Source of the DNA: an uncultured delta proteobacterium
GTDB lineage: Bacteria; Desulfobacterota; WTBG01; CAIYCZ01
Length of the DNA stretch: 64,000 nucleotides
Assembly (NCBI GenBank): GCA_963803975.1
Contig: CAWDOY010000048.1
Span: 57,642 to 121,641 of the forward strand
Reading direction: 5' to 3'
The translations under genes were made by a program, and so were the position numbers. Positions 54,821 to 64,000 of this stretch are shown piece by piece; position 1 is the first letter of the stretch; the number at the start of each line of letters is the position of its first letter. A model generated the notes under the pieces. It did not search any database, was not told the origin of the DNA, and saw only the letters and a program-made list of their open reading frames with translations.

Positions 54821-57050
54821 ATGAATAAAATGAATATGCCGAACATTACAACAGATGAAATAATTAAGAAAATAAAGGAGGAAATTCGTTTGAAAAAACT
54901 GGCTTCTGTTATTTCTGTTCAAGATAAAAACAGGAATGATGGCATCCTGTCAAATAACACTGCTGAAGAAAATGATTTTACTTCAAGAACTACTCACAAA
55001 AACCCTGGATAGCCTCTCAGACAATTCAATTCTTGGAGCAAAGAAAGCTTATAACATATCTGATTTTCTTAATTATCATGATGAAACATTTGTCAGAAAT
55101 ACGTATCGTTGCATTCTTGGAAGAGAACCTGATTTTCCCGGATTGGAGTTCTATCTTGAAAAACTTAGATCTGGCGAGTTTAGTAAAGTTGAAATACTTG
55201 GGCGCATCAGATATTCGCCTGAGGGGCGCAGCAAAAAAATAAAAATAAACAATATCTTACCATTGTTTGCCATCAACCGAATATATGCAATCCCCGTTAT
55301 GGGCTATATTGTACGCCTTATAACCGGTATTATTAACCTCCCGGTGATTATAAATAATTTAACCAAGTATGAAGTTTATACTCAGCGGCTTTTCTCACAA
55401 TCACGCACGTTCAATAATCAAATGTATCAAGTTGTTAAAGCACTGTCGAGATCAAAAGCTGATACAAAAAACCTAACTGATATTGAAGAGAGCGTAAAAC
55501 ATATAAGAGATGCAAAAGCAGGGCGGGAACAAGTAGAAGAGCTTCTCAGCACGGTGATGAAGCTTACAGAGACAAAAGCAAATAATGATGCGGTGTATCA
55601 GTTGCAGCAGCAATTGCATGGGATTAGTAATATAAAAGCAGATATGGATGAAATCAGCAACCTTAACAATAAATTCACTCAAATGCTTGAAGCCAAGGCT
55701 GACAATAAAATGGTTGCTGAGGTCACAGAGCAGTTAAGGGAGGTAATGGAGCTTGCAGAGTCAAAAGCCAACAATGATGCAGTGAATCAGTTGCAGCAGC
55801 AATTGCATGGGATTAGTAATATAAAAGCAGATATGGATGAAATCAGCAACCTTAACAATAAATTCACTCAAATGCTTGAAGCCAAAGCTGACAATAAAAT
55901 GGTTGCTGAGGTCACAGAGCAGTTAAGGGAGGTAATGGAGCTTGCAGAGACAAAAGCCAATAATGATGCGGTGAATCAGTTGCAGCAGCAATTGCATGGG
56001 ATTAGTAATATAAAAGCAGATATGGATGAAATCAGCAACCTTAACAATAAATTCACTCAAATGCTTGAAGCCAAAGCTGACAATAAAATGGTTGCTGAGG
56101 TCACAGAGCAGTTAAGGGAGGTAATGGAGCTTGCAGAGTCAAAAGCCAACAATGATGCAGTGAATCAATTGCAGCTGCAGCTCGCCCAATTTGAAAAAAC
56201 AAAAGCGCCCATAGATGCACTCCAGATGCAATTTAATGAAATTCAACTACAAATTCTTGACCATAAAAGAAATATTCTCGACCAGCAGCGACGCCTTGCA
56301 ATCCTGCTCAATGAATCCAAACAGTACTTTTCTAAAACCGTATCTGATAAAAAACCTTCTGCTATGATCTCTGAAGAAGAACATCTGCTTGATGCTCTAT
56401 ATGTAAAATTTGAAGATCTGTTTCGGGGAACTCGCGAGGATATAAAAAAGCGGCAGGCAATCTATCTCCCATTGATTCAAGCAGCAAAAGCTGGCACGAA
56501 AAGCTCACCGGTTATTGATGTCGGTTGTGGCCGTGGAGAATGGATAGAACTGCTTAAAGAAAACCAGCTTATCGCTTGTGGGGTGGATCACAATGCTGTG
56601 ATAATAAAGGAATGTCTTGAGCGCAAGCTTGATGTTATAGAAGCAGATATTATTCACTATCTGCAAAAATTAAAACCCAATTCTGTCGGGGCAATTACCT
56701 GTTTTCATGTAATTGAGCATCTGCCGTTGAACATTATGATACAGCTGTTTGATGAAACGTTTCGGCTGTTGAAGCCAGGAGGCGTCGCTATTTATGAAAC
56801 CCCAAATCCAGAGAACTTGATTGTAGGGGCATGTAATTTTTATCTTGATCCAACCCACCGTAATCCATTACCACCTGCCTTGACCGGCTTTTTACTTGAA
56901 TCAAGGGGGCTTTCCCGGATTGAAATTAAGCGTCTTAATCCCTTTCCTGATAACAATAGGATTATAGGCAAGGAACAGGAACTTTTAAACCGCTGCAATG
57001 AATTATTTTATGGATTTCAGGATTATGCAGTTATTTGCTATAAAAACTGA
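54821..57050 (+). CDS. DUF4214 + coiled coil + class I methyltransferase (candidate glycan terminator); frameshift near 55000
   Basis: YRCILGREPD..GL.FY; heptad repeats; FEDLFRG, DVGCGRGEW, FHVIEHL, ETPNP, YLDPTH. Confidence 0.85.
55553..56180 (+). repeat. 189-bp (63-aa) in-frame tandem repeat, three full units plus a partial
   Basis: CA(G/A)TTGCAG anchor at 55599, 55788, 55977 and 56166; units nearly identical. Confidence 0.95.
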
Positions 57051-57087
57051 AATAATTTTAAATTTTATACAAATCGAGAGCTAATTC

Positions 57088-58128
57088 ATGAGAATAATAG
57101 TAGCAACAGTGCAAGTCCCCTTTGTCAGGGGTGGAGCTGAAGTGCATGCAGAGGGGTTACGTGATGCTTTGCAGCGCGAAGGGCATGAAGCTGAAATTGT
57201 AGCAGTGCCCTTCAAGTGGTATCCCTCCAGCAGAATTCTTGACAGTATGCTGACATGTCGATTACTTGATCTAACAGAATCGGCAGGAAATAAAATAGAT
57301 CGTTTCATTGCCCTCAAATTCCCAGCTTATCTTATACCCCACCCGAATAAAATACTATGGATCCTCCATCAGCACCGTGCTGCGTATGATTTGTGGGACA
57401 ACAAGCTGGGTGACCTCTCACATTTCCCAGATGGAGCATTAGTACGTTCAGCAATTATGACTGCTGACAAAAATCTTATTCCCGAAGCACGAGCTATTTA
57501 TGCAAATTCCTGCAATGTCAGCGCGCGCCTTAAAAAATATTGCAATATTGATTCAACGCCATTATATCATCCGCCATTAAACGCGGAAAAATTTTATTGT
57601 GCTCAATCGGAAGATTATCTGTTTTTCCCAAGCAGGCTTAATCCCTCAAAACGACAATCACTTGTTTTAGAAGCGCTGGCAAAATCTTGTAAATCCATTA
57701 AAGTTTATTTTGCTGGAGTCGCAGAAAGTAAGGATTATGAACATGAACTCAGAAATATGGCCAACAGATTAGGTGTTGGGGGAAAAGTAAAATGGCTCGG
57801 TTTAATTACAGAAGAAGATAAAATTGATTTATATGCCAAATCAATTGGGGTTATTTATCCCCCTGTCGATGAGGATTATGGTTATGTTACTTTGGAGGCT
57901 ATGTTATCATCAAAGCCGATTATCACCTGCAGTGATTCAGGGGGTACCCTTGAGTTTGTGCGGAATCGAGAAAATGGCTTAATAGTTGAACCTGATGCTT
58001 ATGCTTTAGCAGAGGCTATGGATGAACTCTGGCAGAACAAAAATCTATCAAACGAATGGGGGAAGGCTGGCAGGGCTAATTATTGTGACTGGAATATTAC
58101 ATGGGAAAATGTAGTAGGAAATTGCTGA
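57088..58128 (+). CDS. GT4 glycosyltransferase
   Basis: PFVRGGAE, SRL...KRQ, EDYGYVTLEAM. Confidence 0.9.
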   Translation: MRIIVATVQVPFVRGGAEVHAEGLRDALQREGHEAEIVAVPFKWYPSSRILDSMLTCRLLDLTESAGNKIDRFIALKFPAYLIPHPNKILWILHQHRAAYDLWDNKLGDLSHFPDGALVRSAIMTADKNLIPEARAIYANSCNVSARLKKYCNIDSTPLYHPPLNAEKFYCAQSEDYLFFPSRLNPSKRQSLVLEALAKSCKSIKVYFAGVAESKDYEHELRNMANRLGVGGKVKWLGLITEEDKIDLYAKSIGVIYPPVDEDYGYVTLEAMLSSKPIITCSDSGGTLEFVRNRENGLIVEPDAYALAEAMDELWQNKNLSNEWGKAGRANYCDWNITWENVVGNC

Positions 58129-58129
58129 T

Positions 58130-59442
58130 ATGAAAATAAATTGGTTTACACCATTGCCTCCAGCAATGACAGATATTGGACACTACAGTCTGAGAATTCT
58201 GCCGCAATTGAGTAAATATGCCCAAATTGAGGTTTGGACTGAGAAAGAATTGGATCGCTCAATTGCTCTTCCGTGCCCTGTGAAGGACAGTAATGTTATA
58301 AAGTGGATAGATTTAAATAGCGGTAGTATAACTATATATAATATAGGAAATAATGCTCAGTACCATGCCAGGATTTGGGAAACAAGCACTCAACATCCTG
58401 GGATTGTGGTACTGCATGATTACCATCTGCATCATTTTTTTGCCGGTATTTTCGAGGGCAGGGTTGCGCGGAAAATCACTATTATAATATTATGCAGCGT
58501 TATTATGGCGTGGAGGGGAATCGAGCTGCACGGGATTTCTGGCATGGCAAGGTCCCGATAGATTATATGTCAGAGCATTTCCCTCTTGCAGAGTTTGCCT
58601 TGAAAAATGCCCTGGGTGCAATTGTCCATACTAATTATGCATTTGAGAAGATAGCGCAACATAATCGATGGCCTGTCACCTTAATTCCTCTGCCATATCC
58701 TTCTTCCATGATCATGCGACAGTTCAGTCAAATATTAATAAACGCATTAGTACGGTAAAATCAAACTGTCGTCTTGTATTGTTTGGCTATTTAGGATTGA
58801 ATCGCAGAGTAGAATCTATTTTAGATGCCCTTGCTCAATTACGCGATAGCTTCAACTACACTTGGATATTTATGGTGAACTGTTAGATAAAGGAGTCGTA
58901 GTAGAAAAGATAGCCTTATTGGGTCTGCAAGACAGGGTTCATATCCACGGCTTTGTATCGGAAGAAAAATTGGATAAAGCATTTCTGATGCACATCTTGC
59001 TCTAAATATGCGTTATCCGACGATGGGAGAAGCATCTGGAACACAACTTAGAATTTGGGATCATGCACTTCCAAGCCTTGTAACAAAAGTGGGATGGTAT
59101 GCTGAACTTCCCGATGATACGGTGCGGTTTGTACGACCCGAGCATGAAATCGAAGATATTAAACATGCCCTGAAAAAATTACCAGAAAACCCTGAATATT
59201 TTATAGGGATGGGTCAGAAGGGAAAACAATATCTTGAGCAATGGCACAACCCTGATATTTATGCTCAAGCAATAATCGGTTTTGCTGAAAGAGTTTGTTC
59301 CGCTCCCTCAACAGTAGTTGCTTTCAGACTTGCAGAACGAGTCGCGACGGAAACGAGTATTTGGATTAGTGCTAATAATATTAATCATTTTGATTGTTCA
59401 CCTGCGGCAACAGCTATTTGTAGGTTGTTAAAAAGGGTGTGA
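58130..59442 (+). CDS. GT4 glycosyltransferase, several frameshifts
   Basis: WFTPLPP..TDIG.YS, YNIGNN..YH, VVLHD, RYPTMGEASG across ORFs. Confidence 0.8.
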
Positions 59443-59524
59443 TACCATATATGCATCTCGAATCATGTCGGTTAGCAAAAGTCATAGATGACTAACGTGA
59501 GTTGACACAATAAAACAAGAGTGG

Positions 59525-60723
59525 TCATATTATTTCTATGATTTTATCTATAAATCTAAACTTTGGCTGGGTATTGGAAAACCAGCATACAAATTCATGG
59601 ACCATGTCAAATCTAAAAATAAATATTCCTTTAGTATTAATCCCATCAATGTCAGAAAATATTTTAATTGATTCCCCAGGGCTAACTTCACTGGGTAGAT
59701 CAATACGCCTGAAATCACGTTCAATTAAATTATTATTTGTATCCAGCAGCAGAATGCCCAACCTTGTTAAATCATTTGTTTTATTTTTCCATACATATTG
59801 TCCATGATTGGTGATTTTTAGCTCGACATGTATTTTGCTTCCTGCAGGAACAATGTTATCTAAATTTAAAACATCTATTTCAGCACAATGATAATCAGGC
59901 TGGTAATCAAAAAGCTCATCGGGATACTTAGTAGCAGTCTTCCCGGTTTTTATCCCCTTATAAAATATAGTTTGTCCTCGCAGGTGCTGTTCAACATTCA
60001 TACTGTCCAAAAAAGATTTTACTTTGGATGATATATCTGCCTTGTGATCATAAACATCCCTTGTTGTTAATAAGATTGAATCAAACCCGGAGGATTCGCC
60101 AAGTTTTTTTACCTCTTGCGGAACAAATTCTCTGTTGTGTCTCCCATATTCTCCATTAGATGAATAGGCTCCATAGGTATAGGGGGATTTACATTGAATT
60201 AAATTTTCAACGCTTTCATAACTTGCTATATTGGGAGTTGTTACTATGAAGATGCCCCCTTTTTTAAAACCCTATTTGCTTCTCTGAAAACAAAACAGGG
60301 ATCAAGCAGTAAATGCTCAATGAGTTCCATGCACAATACCGCATCAAAAAAATCATTCTCGTATGGCCACATATATTTTTCAACATTAAATTTTTTCATT
60401 TCAAAATGTAAAGCTTGAGTAGATGGATAATTTAAAGATTTTAAATTAATTATGTCTGGTGCTGAATAATCAACATTGTGTTCATGATTCTCCCTATACT
60501 GTGCCAAGTGCACCTCACCCTCAGGGAAGGTGTTTTTTAACATAATAGTGAATGCGAAAGGATGCGATGCGCCTAATTCAAGAATTCGAATTAATGCATG
60601 GTTTTTAAGTAGCTCTAAAGTTTCAAGATAGCGTTGAAAATGCGTTTTAATATAGGTAAAACCATCCCCACTATAACAGCCATATGTTTCAAAAAGAATA
60701 TTATATCTGGAATTATTAAGCAT
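59525..60723 (-). CDS. class I methyltransferase with C-terminal Ig-like domain, frameshift near 60250
   Basis: ILELGA, FDAVLCMELIEHL; RHNREF in the alternative frame; FDMVHE...WF tail. Confidence 0.75.
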
Positions 60724-60739
60724 ATATGCTCTTTATATT

Positions 60740-61747
60740 TTATGAATTATTAAATTGTATTAGAAAAGTATTTGAAACCTCACTATTATTTAAACCGGTC
60801 TTTCCCTTGCTATCCTCGATAACTTCTATGCATTGGCCCCCCAGCTGCTTTGCGATAGCAAATATTCTACTCTGGGGTAGCACATGAATTTCCATTGCAG
60901 GGTTTGCTATTTCATTTTGCAAGTATTTCTCAACTGAAAAATTGTAACCGAAATGATAAGTAGGAACTTGAAAATAGGCAATACCACCAGGGTTTAGAGC
61001 CTTAATAAATTCCTCAATAATCAAACTAATAATCGGTGGTGGATTGTGTTGAAGTACAATTAAAGAATAAACTACATCAACTTTAGGCAAATTTATAATG
61101 TCTACAAGGTTTTTTATGTGCCGTAGATCAACATTATAGATGCTCTTATGGGATAAGTATTCACCTGCCTTTTCCAAATGTGATAGTGATATGTCATAAC
61201 CAATAACGCTTTCAAAACGTTCGGACAACCAACGGGTAACTCGACCAAGCCCACATCCATACTCTAAACATTTCCGGTAGGAACTGTAATTCACGCCATT
61301 TCTTTCTAAAGTTTTAAAAAGATTTTCGACATCCTGCTTGCCAGACTCATAGAAGGTGTCTTTATGCTGTTCTATATTGCTCTGTAAAAATTTATCTGAA
61401 GTTAAAACAGACCAATATGGTTCAGTTTCACCCAAATATTGCCATGAGTTTTGAATATGATCAAAAATTCTTTGAAGGTCATGTTCTGAACAACTATGCT
61501 CAACATACATTTTTGGTTCATCACCATTTAAGGAAGGCTTATAAATTGACGGATTGTTTTTTTTAAATTCATCAGAATTCAAAAACTCCTGTCTTAATTC
61601 TCGTATACTTAAGCAACTTTTTAGCTTTTCATCCACTACTTTTACATGCTCTGGTTCCCTGTCGAGAAAAAGACGGTAGCCCCATTCAACTGAATCTCTC
61701 GTTAAAGGAATCGAATTAAGTAATTTATTTTTCTCTTCGCTTTTCAT
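60740..61747 (-). CDS. class I methyltransferase with short DUF4214-like N-terminus
   Basis: YRLFLDREPE; EPYWSVL; LEYGCGLGRV; IVLQHNPP; MEIH. Confidence 0.85.
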   Translation of the reverse strand: MKSEEKNKLLNSIPLTRDSVEWGYRLFLDREPEHVKVVDEKLKSCLSIRELRQEFLNSDEFKKNNPSIYKPSLNGDEPKMYVEHSCSEHDLQRIFDHIQNSWQYLGETEPYWSVLTSDKFLQSNIEQHKDTFYESGKQDVENLFKTLERNGVNYSSYRKCLEYGCGLGRVTRWLSERFESVIGYDISLSHLEKAGEYLSHKSIYNVDLRHIKNLVDIINLPKVDVVYSLIVLQHNPPPIISLIIEEFIKALNPGGIAYFQVPTYHFGYNFSVEKYLQNEIANPAMEIHVLPQSRIFAIAKQLGGQCIEVIEDSKGKTGLNNSEVSNTFLIQFNNS

Positions 61748-61881
61748 TGTGCACTCCCAGATTTAATATATTCCAAATAGCTTGATGAAACAAAATAATC
61801 AAATTAAACATAACGTTATGTTGCTTAAAATAGCGATGATTTATTGTGTGATTATATTAAGCTGGTTTAATAAAAATATAA

Positions 61882-62933
61882 GGGGGGTAGTCGGTTAGCT
61901 CCACCTGTGTTATGATTTCACGGCAACTTTATAACAAGGAGGAAGTGCCGTGGAGCCTCTACCGCTTGTTTCAGGACGTGACTACCCGAATACCTATCGT
62001 GAGTTTGTTGAAATGTTTCCTAACGACACAGCTTGTGCTACCTATCTGGCAAAATTGCGTTGGCCAGATGGCTTCGTCTGTCCAGCCTGCAAAGCAAAAT
62101 CGGTCCCGTGGCAAGCGAGCCGTGGCCGCATAGCTTGCCCGTTTTGCCGTCACCAAACTTCAGTCGGGACTGGAACGATCTTTGACAAAACACGGACACC
62201 TCTTACGACATGGTTCGAAGCTGCCTGGCATGTGAGCACAGCCAAAAACGGCATGTCAGCCAAGACGCTGGAGCGCACGCTAGGCACGAAATATCGGGTC
62301 GCATGGACAATGTTACAGCGCTTCCGAGTGGCTATGGTCGATGCCAAACGCAAGCAGCTTTCCGGCAACATCGAAGTCGACGAAACCTTCATCGGCGGCG
62401 TCAAACAGGGTGGCAAACGTGGCCGTGGAGCCGTTAAATGTATTGTAGCGATTGCCATCGAGATCAAGGAGCCAATAGGCTTTGGACGAGTGCGAATGCG
62501 GCACATACCCGATATTTCCGGTACCAGCTTGCTTCCGTTTGTATGCGATGTAGTCGCTCCAGGCTCTGTTGTGCACACCGATGGATGGGGTGGCTACAAC
62601 GGGTTATCAGCATACGGGTTCACTCGAAAGATCACGGTGCAATCATCTTCAGACGATCCCGCTCATGTGTCCATGCCGGGAGTCCATCGTGTATCAAGTT
62701 TGTTAAAACGCTGGATTCTCGGAACACATCAGGGTTCAGTAGTTCCTGAACACCTACAGTCTTATCTGGAGGAGTTCACTTTTAGATTCAACAGACGCAC
62801 GTCTCGGAGCCGTGGCCTTGTTTTCAGAAGATTACTTGAACGGTCAGTTGCAACGGGACCTGTTACCGAATACGACGTGACTAAAGGTTATAGCTGGGGA
62901 AATTAGCCAGGTGGAGCTAACCGACTACCCTTC
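61882..62933 (+). mobile_element. IS1595-family insertion sequence, intact
   Basis: Perfect 23-bp inverted repeat GGGTAGTCGGTTAGCTCCACCTG (61885-61907 and 62908-62930); 8-bp TSD AAATATAA (61874-61881 and 62934-62941). Confidence 0.93.
61950..62906 (+). CDS. IS1595-family DDE transposase
   Basis: RWPDGFVCPAC zinc ribbon, IEVDETFIGG, VHTDGW.GY, YLEEFTFRFNRR. Confidence 0.95.
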   Translation: MEPLPLVSGRDYPNTYREFVEMFPNDTACATYLAKLRWPDGFVCPACKAKSVPWQASRGRIACPFCRHQTSVGTGTIFDKTRTPLTTWFEAAWHVSTAKNGMSAKTLERTLGTKYRVAWTMLQRFRVAMVDAKRKQLSGNIEVDETFIGGVKQGGKRGRGAVKCIVAIAIEIKEPIGFGRVRMRHIPDISGTSLLPFVCDVVAPGSVVHTDGWGGYNGLSAYGFTRKITVQSSSDDPAHVSMPGVHRVSSLLKRWILGTHQGSVVPEHLQSYLEEFTFRFNRRTSRSRGLVFRRLLERSVATGPVTEYDVTKGYSWGN

Positions 62934-63110
62934 AAATATAATTATAAAGCTTTTTCACAAACTATCAATATTAAACTGTTCAAAAGCAGTAAAATCAAGC
63001 AGATGAAAGATATTGGTTTATTTAAAATAAAAAGGTACATAATTTTTATCATTATCACAGTCTCACAGCTCCTGATGAAGAGTTATTTCTGTAAATTGTA
63101 GAAAATTATA

Positions 63111-63148
63111 AGCACAGGCAGAGTTCATGATAGAGCTCTGCCTGTGCT
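63111..63148. terminator. hairpin, probable terminator of the DUF4214 gene
   Basis: agcacaggcagag-loop-ctctgcctgtgct. Confidence 0.55.
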
Positions 63149-63173
63149 CCTATGTGTTCCAATTAATTTTATT

Positions 63174-64000
63174 TTAAGGTAAGCACCCGGCCGCAATCAC
63201 GGCATCTACCCGCGTCTGAAATTCCGGGCTGGCGGTGAATGCCTGTAAGACCTGCACTCTGGTCATGCTGTCAAGATTATCTACCCAGGCAGTGAACCCA
63301 CCGCAGTCCGCGCCGCGCCGCAATATCGCATTGTACAGATCTTCTATATACCCCTCATTGGTGCGGCCTTTTGCCGTGTATTCACCACTCTGCACAAACG
63401 CAAGCGACTGCGCGTAACTTACATCCTCCACCGCCTGTGCGCTGGTGCACTGTGCTGTTTGCATCTGTGTGAGATAAGCATTAAAGCCGCCATTATCGGG
63501 AAACCGGTTCAGAAATCCCCGGTAAAAATCGTTCACCAGATTATTCTCCGGCCGGGTGGTGTCAGCGCCAAACTGAGTTGTCATGTATGCTTTGAACTCA
63601 TCACAGTACGCAAAGGTGGTAATCAGCATATCTCGCGTTAACCCTAGACTTAACTGCCCGACCCAATACGCAAGACCTCCTGCATCAGGCTCCCGCTGCA
63701 GAAACGTCTGGTACAGATCAGTCACAAATTCTTTTTTAGTCTTATTCTTGTCCTTATACTCTTGACAGGTGAAGAAGAACCGGGCTTCTGCCTGGAACCC
63801 TTCCCCGACATAGATGCCTAAGGACATTGTGCGTTTAATCTCACTCCTCCAGTAGTCCCAACCACCCTGGTCAGGTTCCCGGTCCAGTATGTCAAGATAG
63901 TATTCCCGCACCAGTGTTCGAATCGCCCACAGCTCCGTTGGATAGCCATACCACGGATTGGTAAAACCTGTGGCTCCGGCAAGATAGTAAACGGTGATGG
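63174..64000 (-). CDS. multi-DUF4214 protein (surface/S-layer-like), 5' end outside window
   Basis: Four repeats Y...L.R.PD.GG..YW with F....EY/F. Confidence 0.85.
   Translation of the reverse strand, partial: ITVYYLAGATGFTNPWYGYPTELWAIRTLVREYYLDILDREPDQGGWDYWRSEIKRTMSLGIYVGEGFQAEARFFFTCQEYKDKNKTKKEFVTDLYQTFLQREPDAGGLAYWVGQLSLGLTRDMLITTFAYCDEFKAYMTTQFGADTTRPENNLVNDFYRGFLNRFPDNGGFNAYLTQMQTAQCTSAQAVEDVSYAQSLAFVQSGEYTAKGRTNEGYIEDLYNAILRRGADCGGFTAWVDNLDSMTRVQVLQAFTASPEFQTRVDAVIAAGCLP

Noticed and set aside
55553..56180. 189-bp repeats as a CRISPR or non-coding array
   Set aside because: The units are contiguous, in frame, have no spacers and encode heptads.

Overview
64 kb from an anaerobic bacterium whose gene content looks like Desulfobacterota/Syntrophales (taxonomy is an inference). 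Many genes carry single-base frameshifts, which suggests an unpolished long-read assembly. Four blocks. (1) 1-21 kb: an accessory mosaic of envelope, transport and stress genes (AI-2E transporter, DUF2092, DUF4410, GH63 glucosidase, VIT1, Ca2+/H+ antiporter, aqpZ), with a MITE and a RAYT/REP element. It also holds a diverged non-coding repeat (copies of about 70-200 bp) that carries a near-consensus sigma70 promoter plus a conserved leader and sits directly upstream of five unrelated genes. (2) 21-41 kb: a tungsten/selenium redox locus with a Moco/Tuco-type riboswitch, three aldehyde:ferredoxin oxidoreductase paralogs, a W-cofactor radical SAM maturase-like gene, a BamC-like ferredoxin and an hdrD-hdrA-mvhD(Sec)-flxCBA cluster. 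(3) 41-47 kb: pgi, pyk, malQ and small genes. (4) 47-64 kb: a Wzm/Wzt surface-glycan locus, including a DUF4214-coiled-coil-methyltransferase whose coil is built from a 189-bp tandem repeat, and an intact IS1595 with an 8-bp target duplication. No rRNA, tRNA or CRISPR array was seen. All family assignments are by motif recognition; no database search was run.
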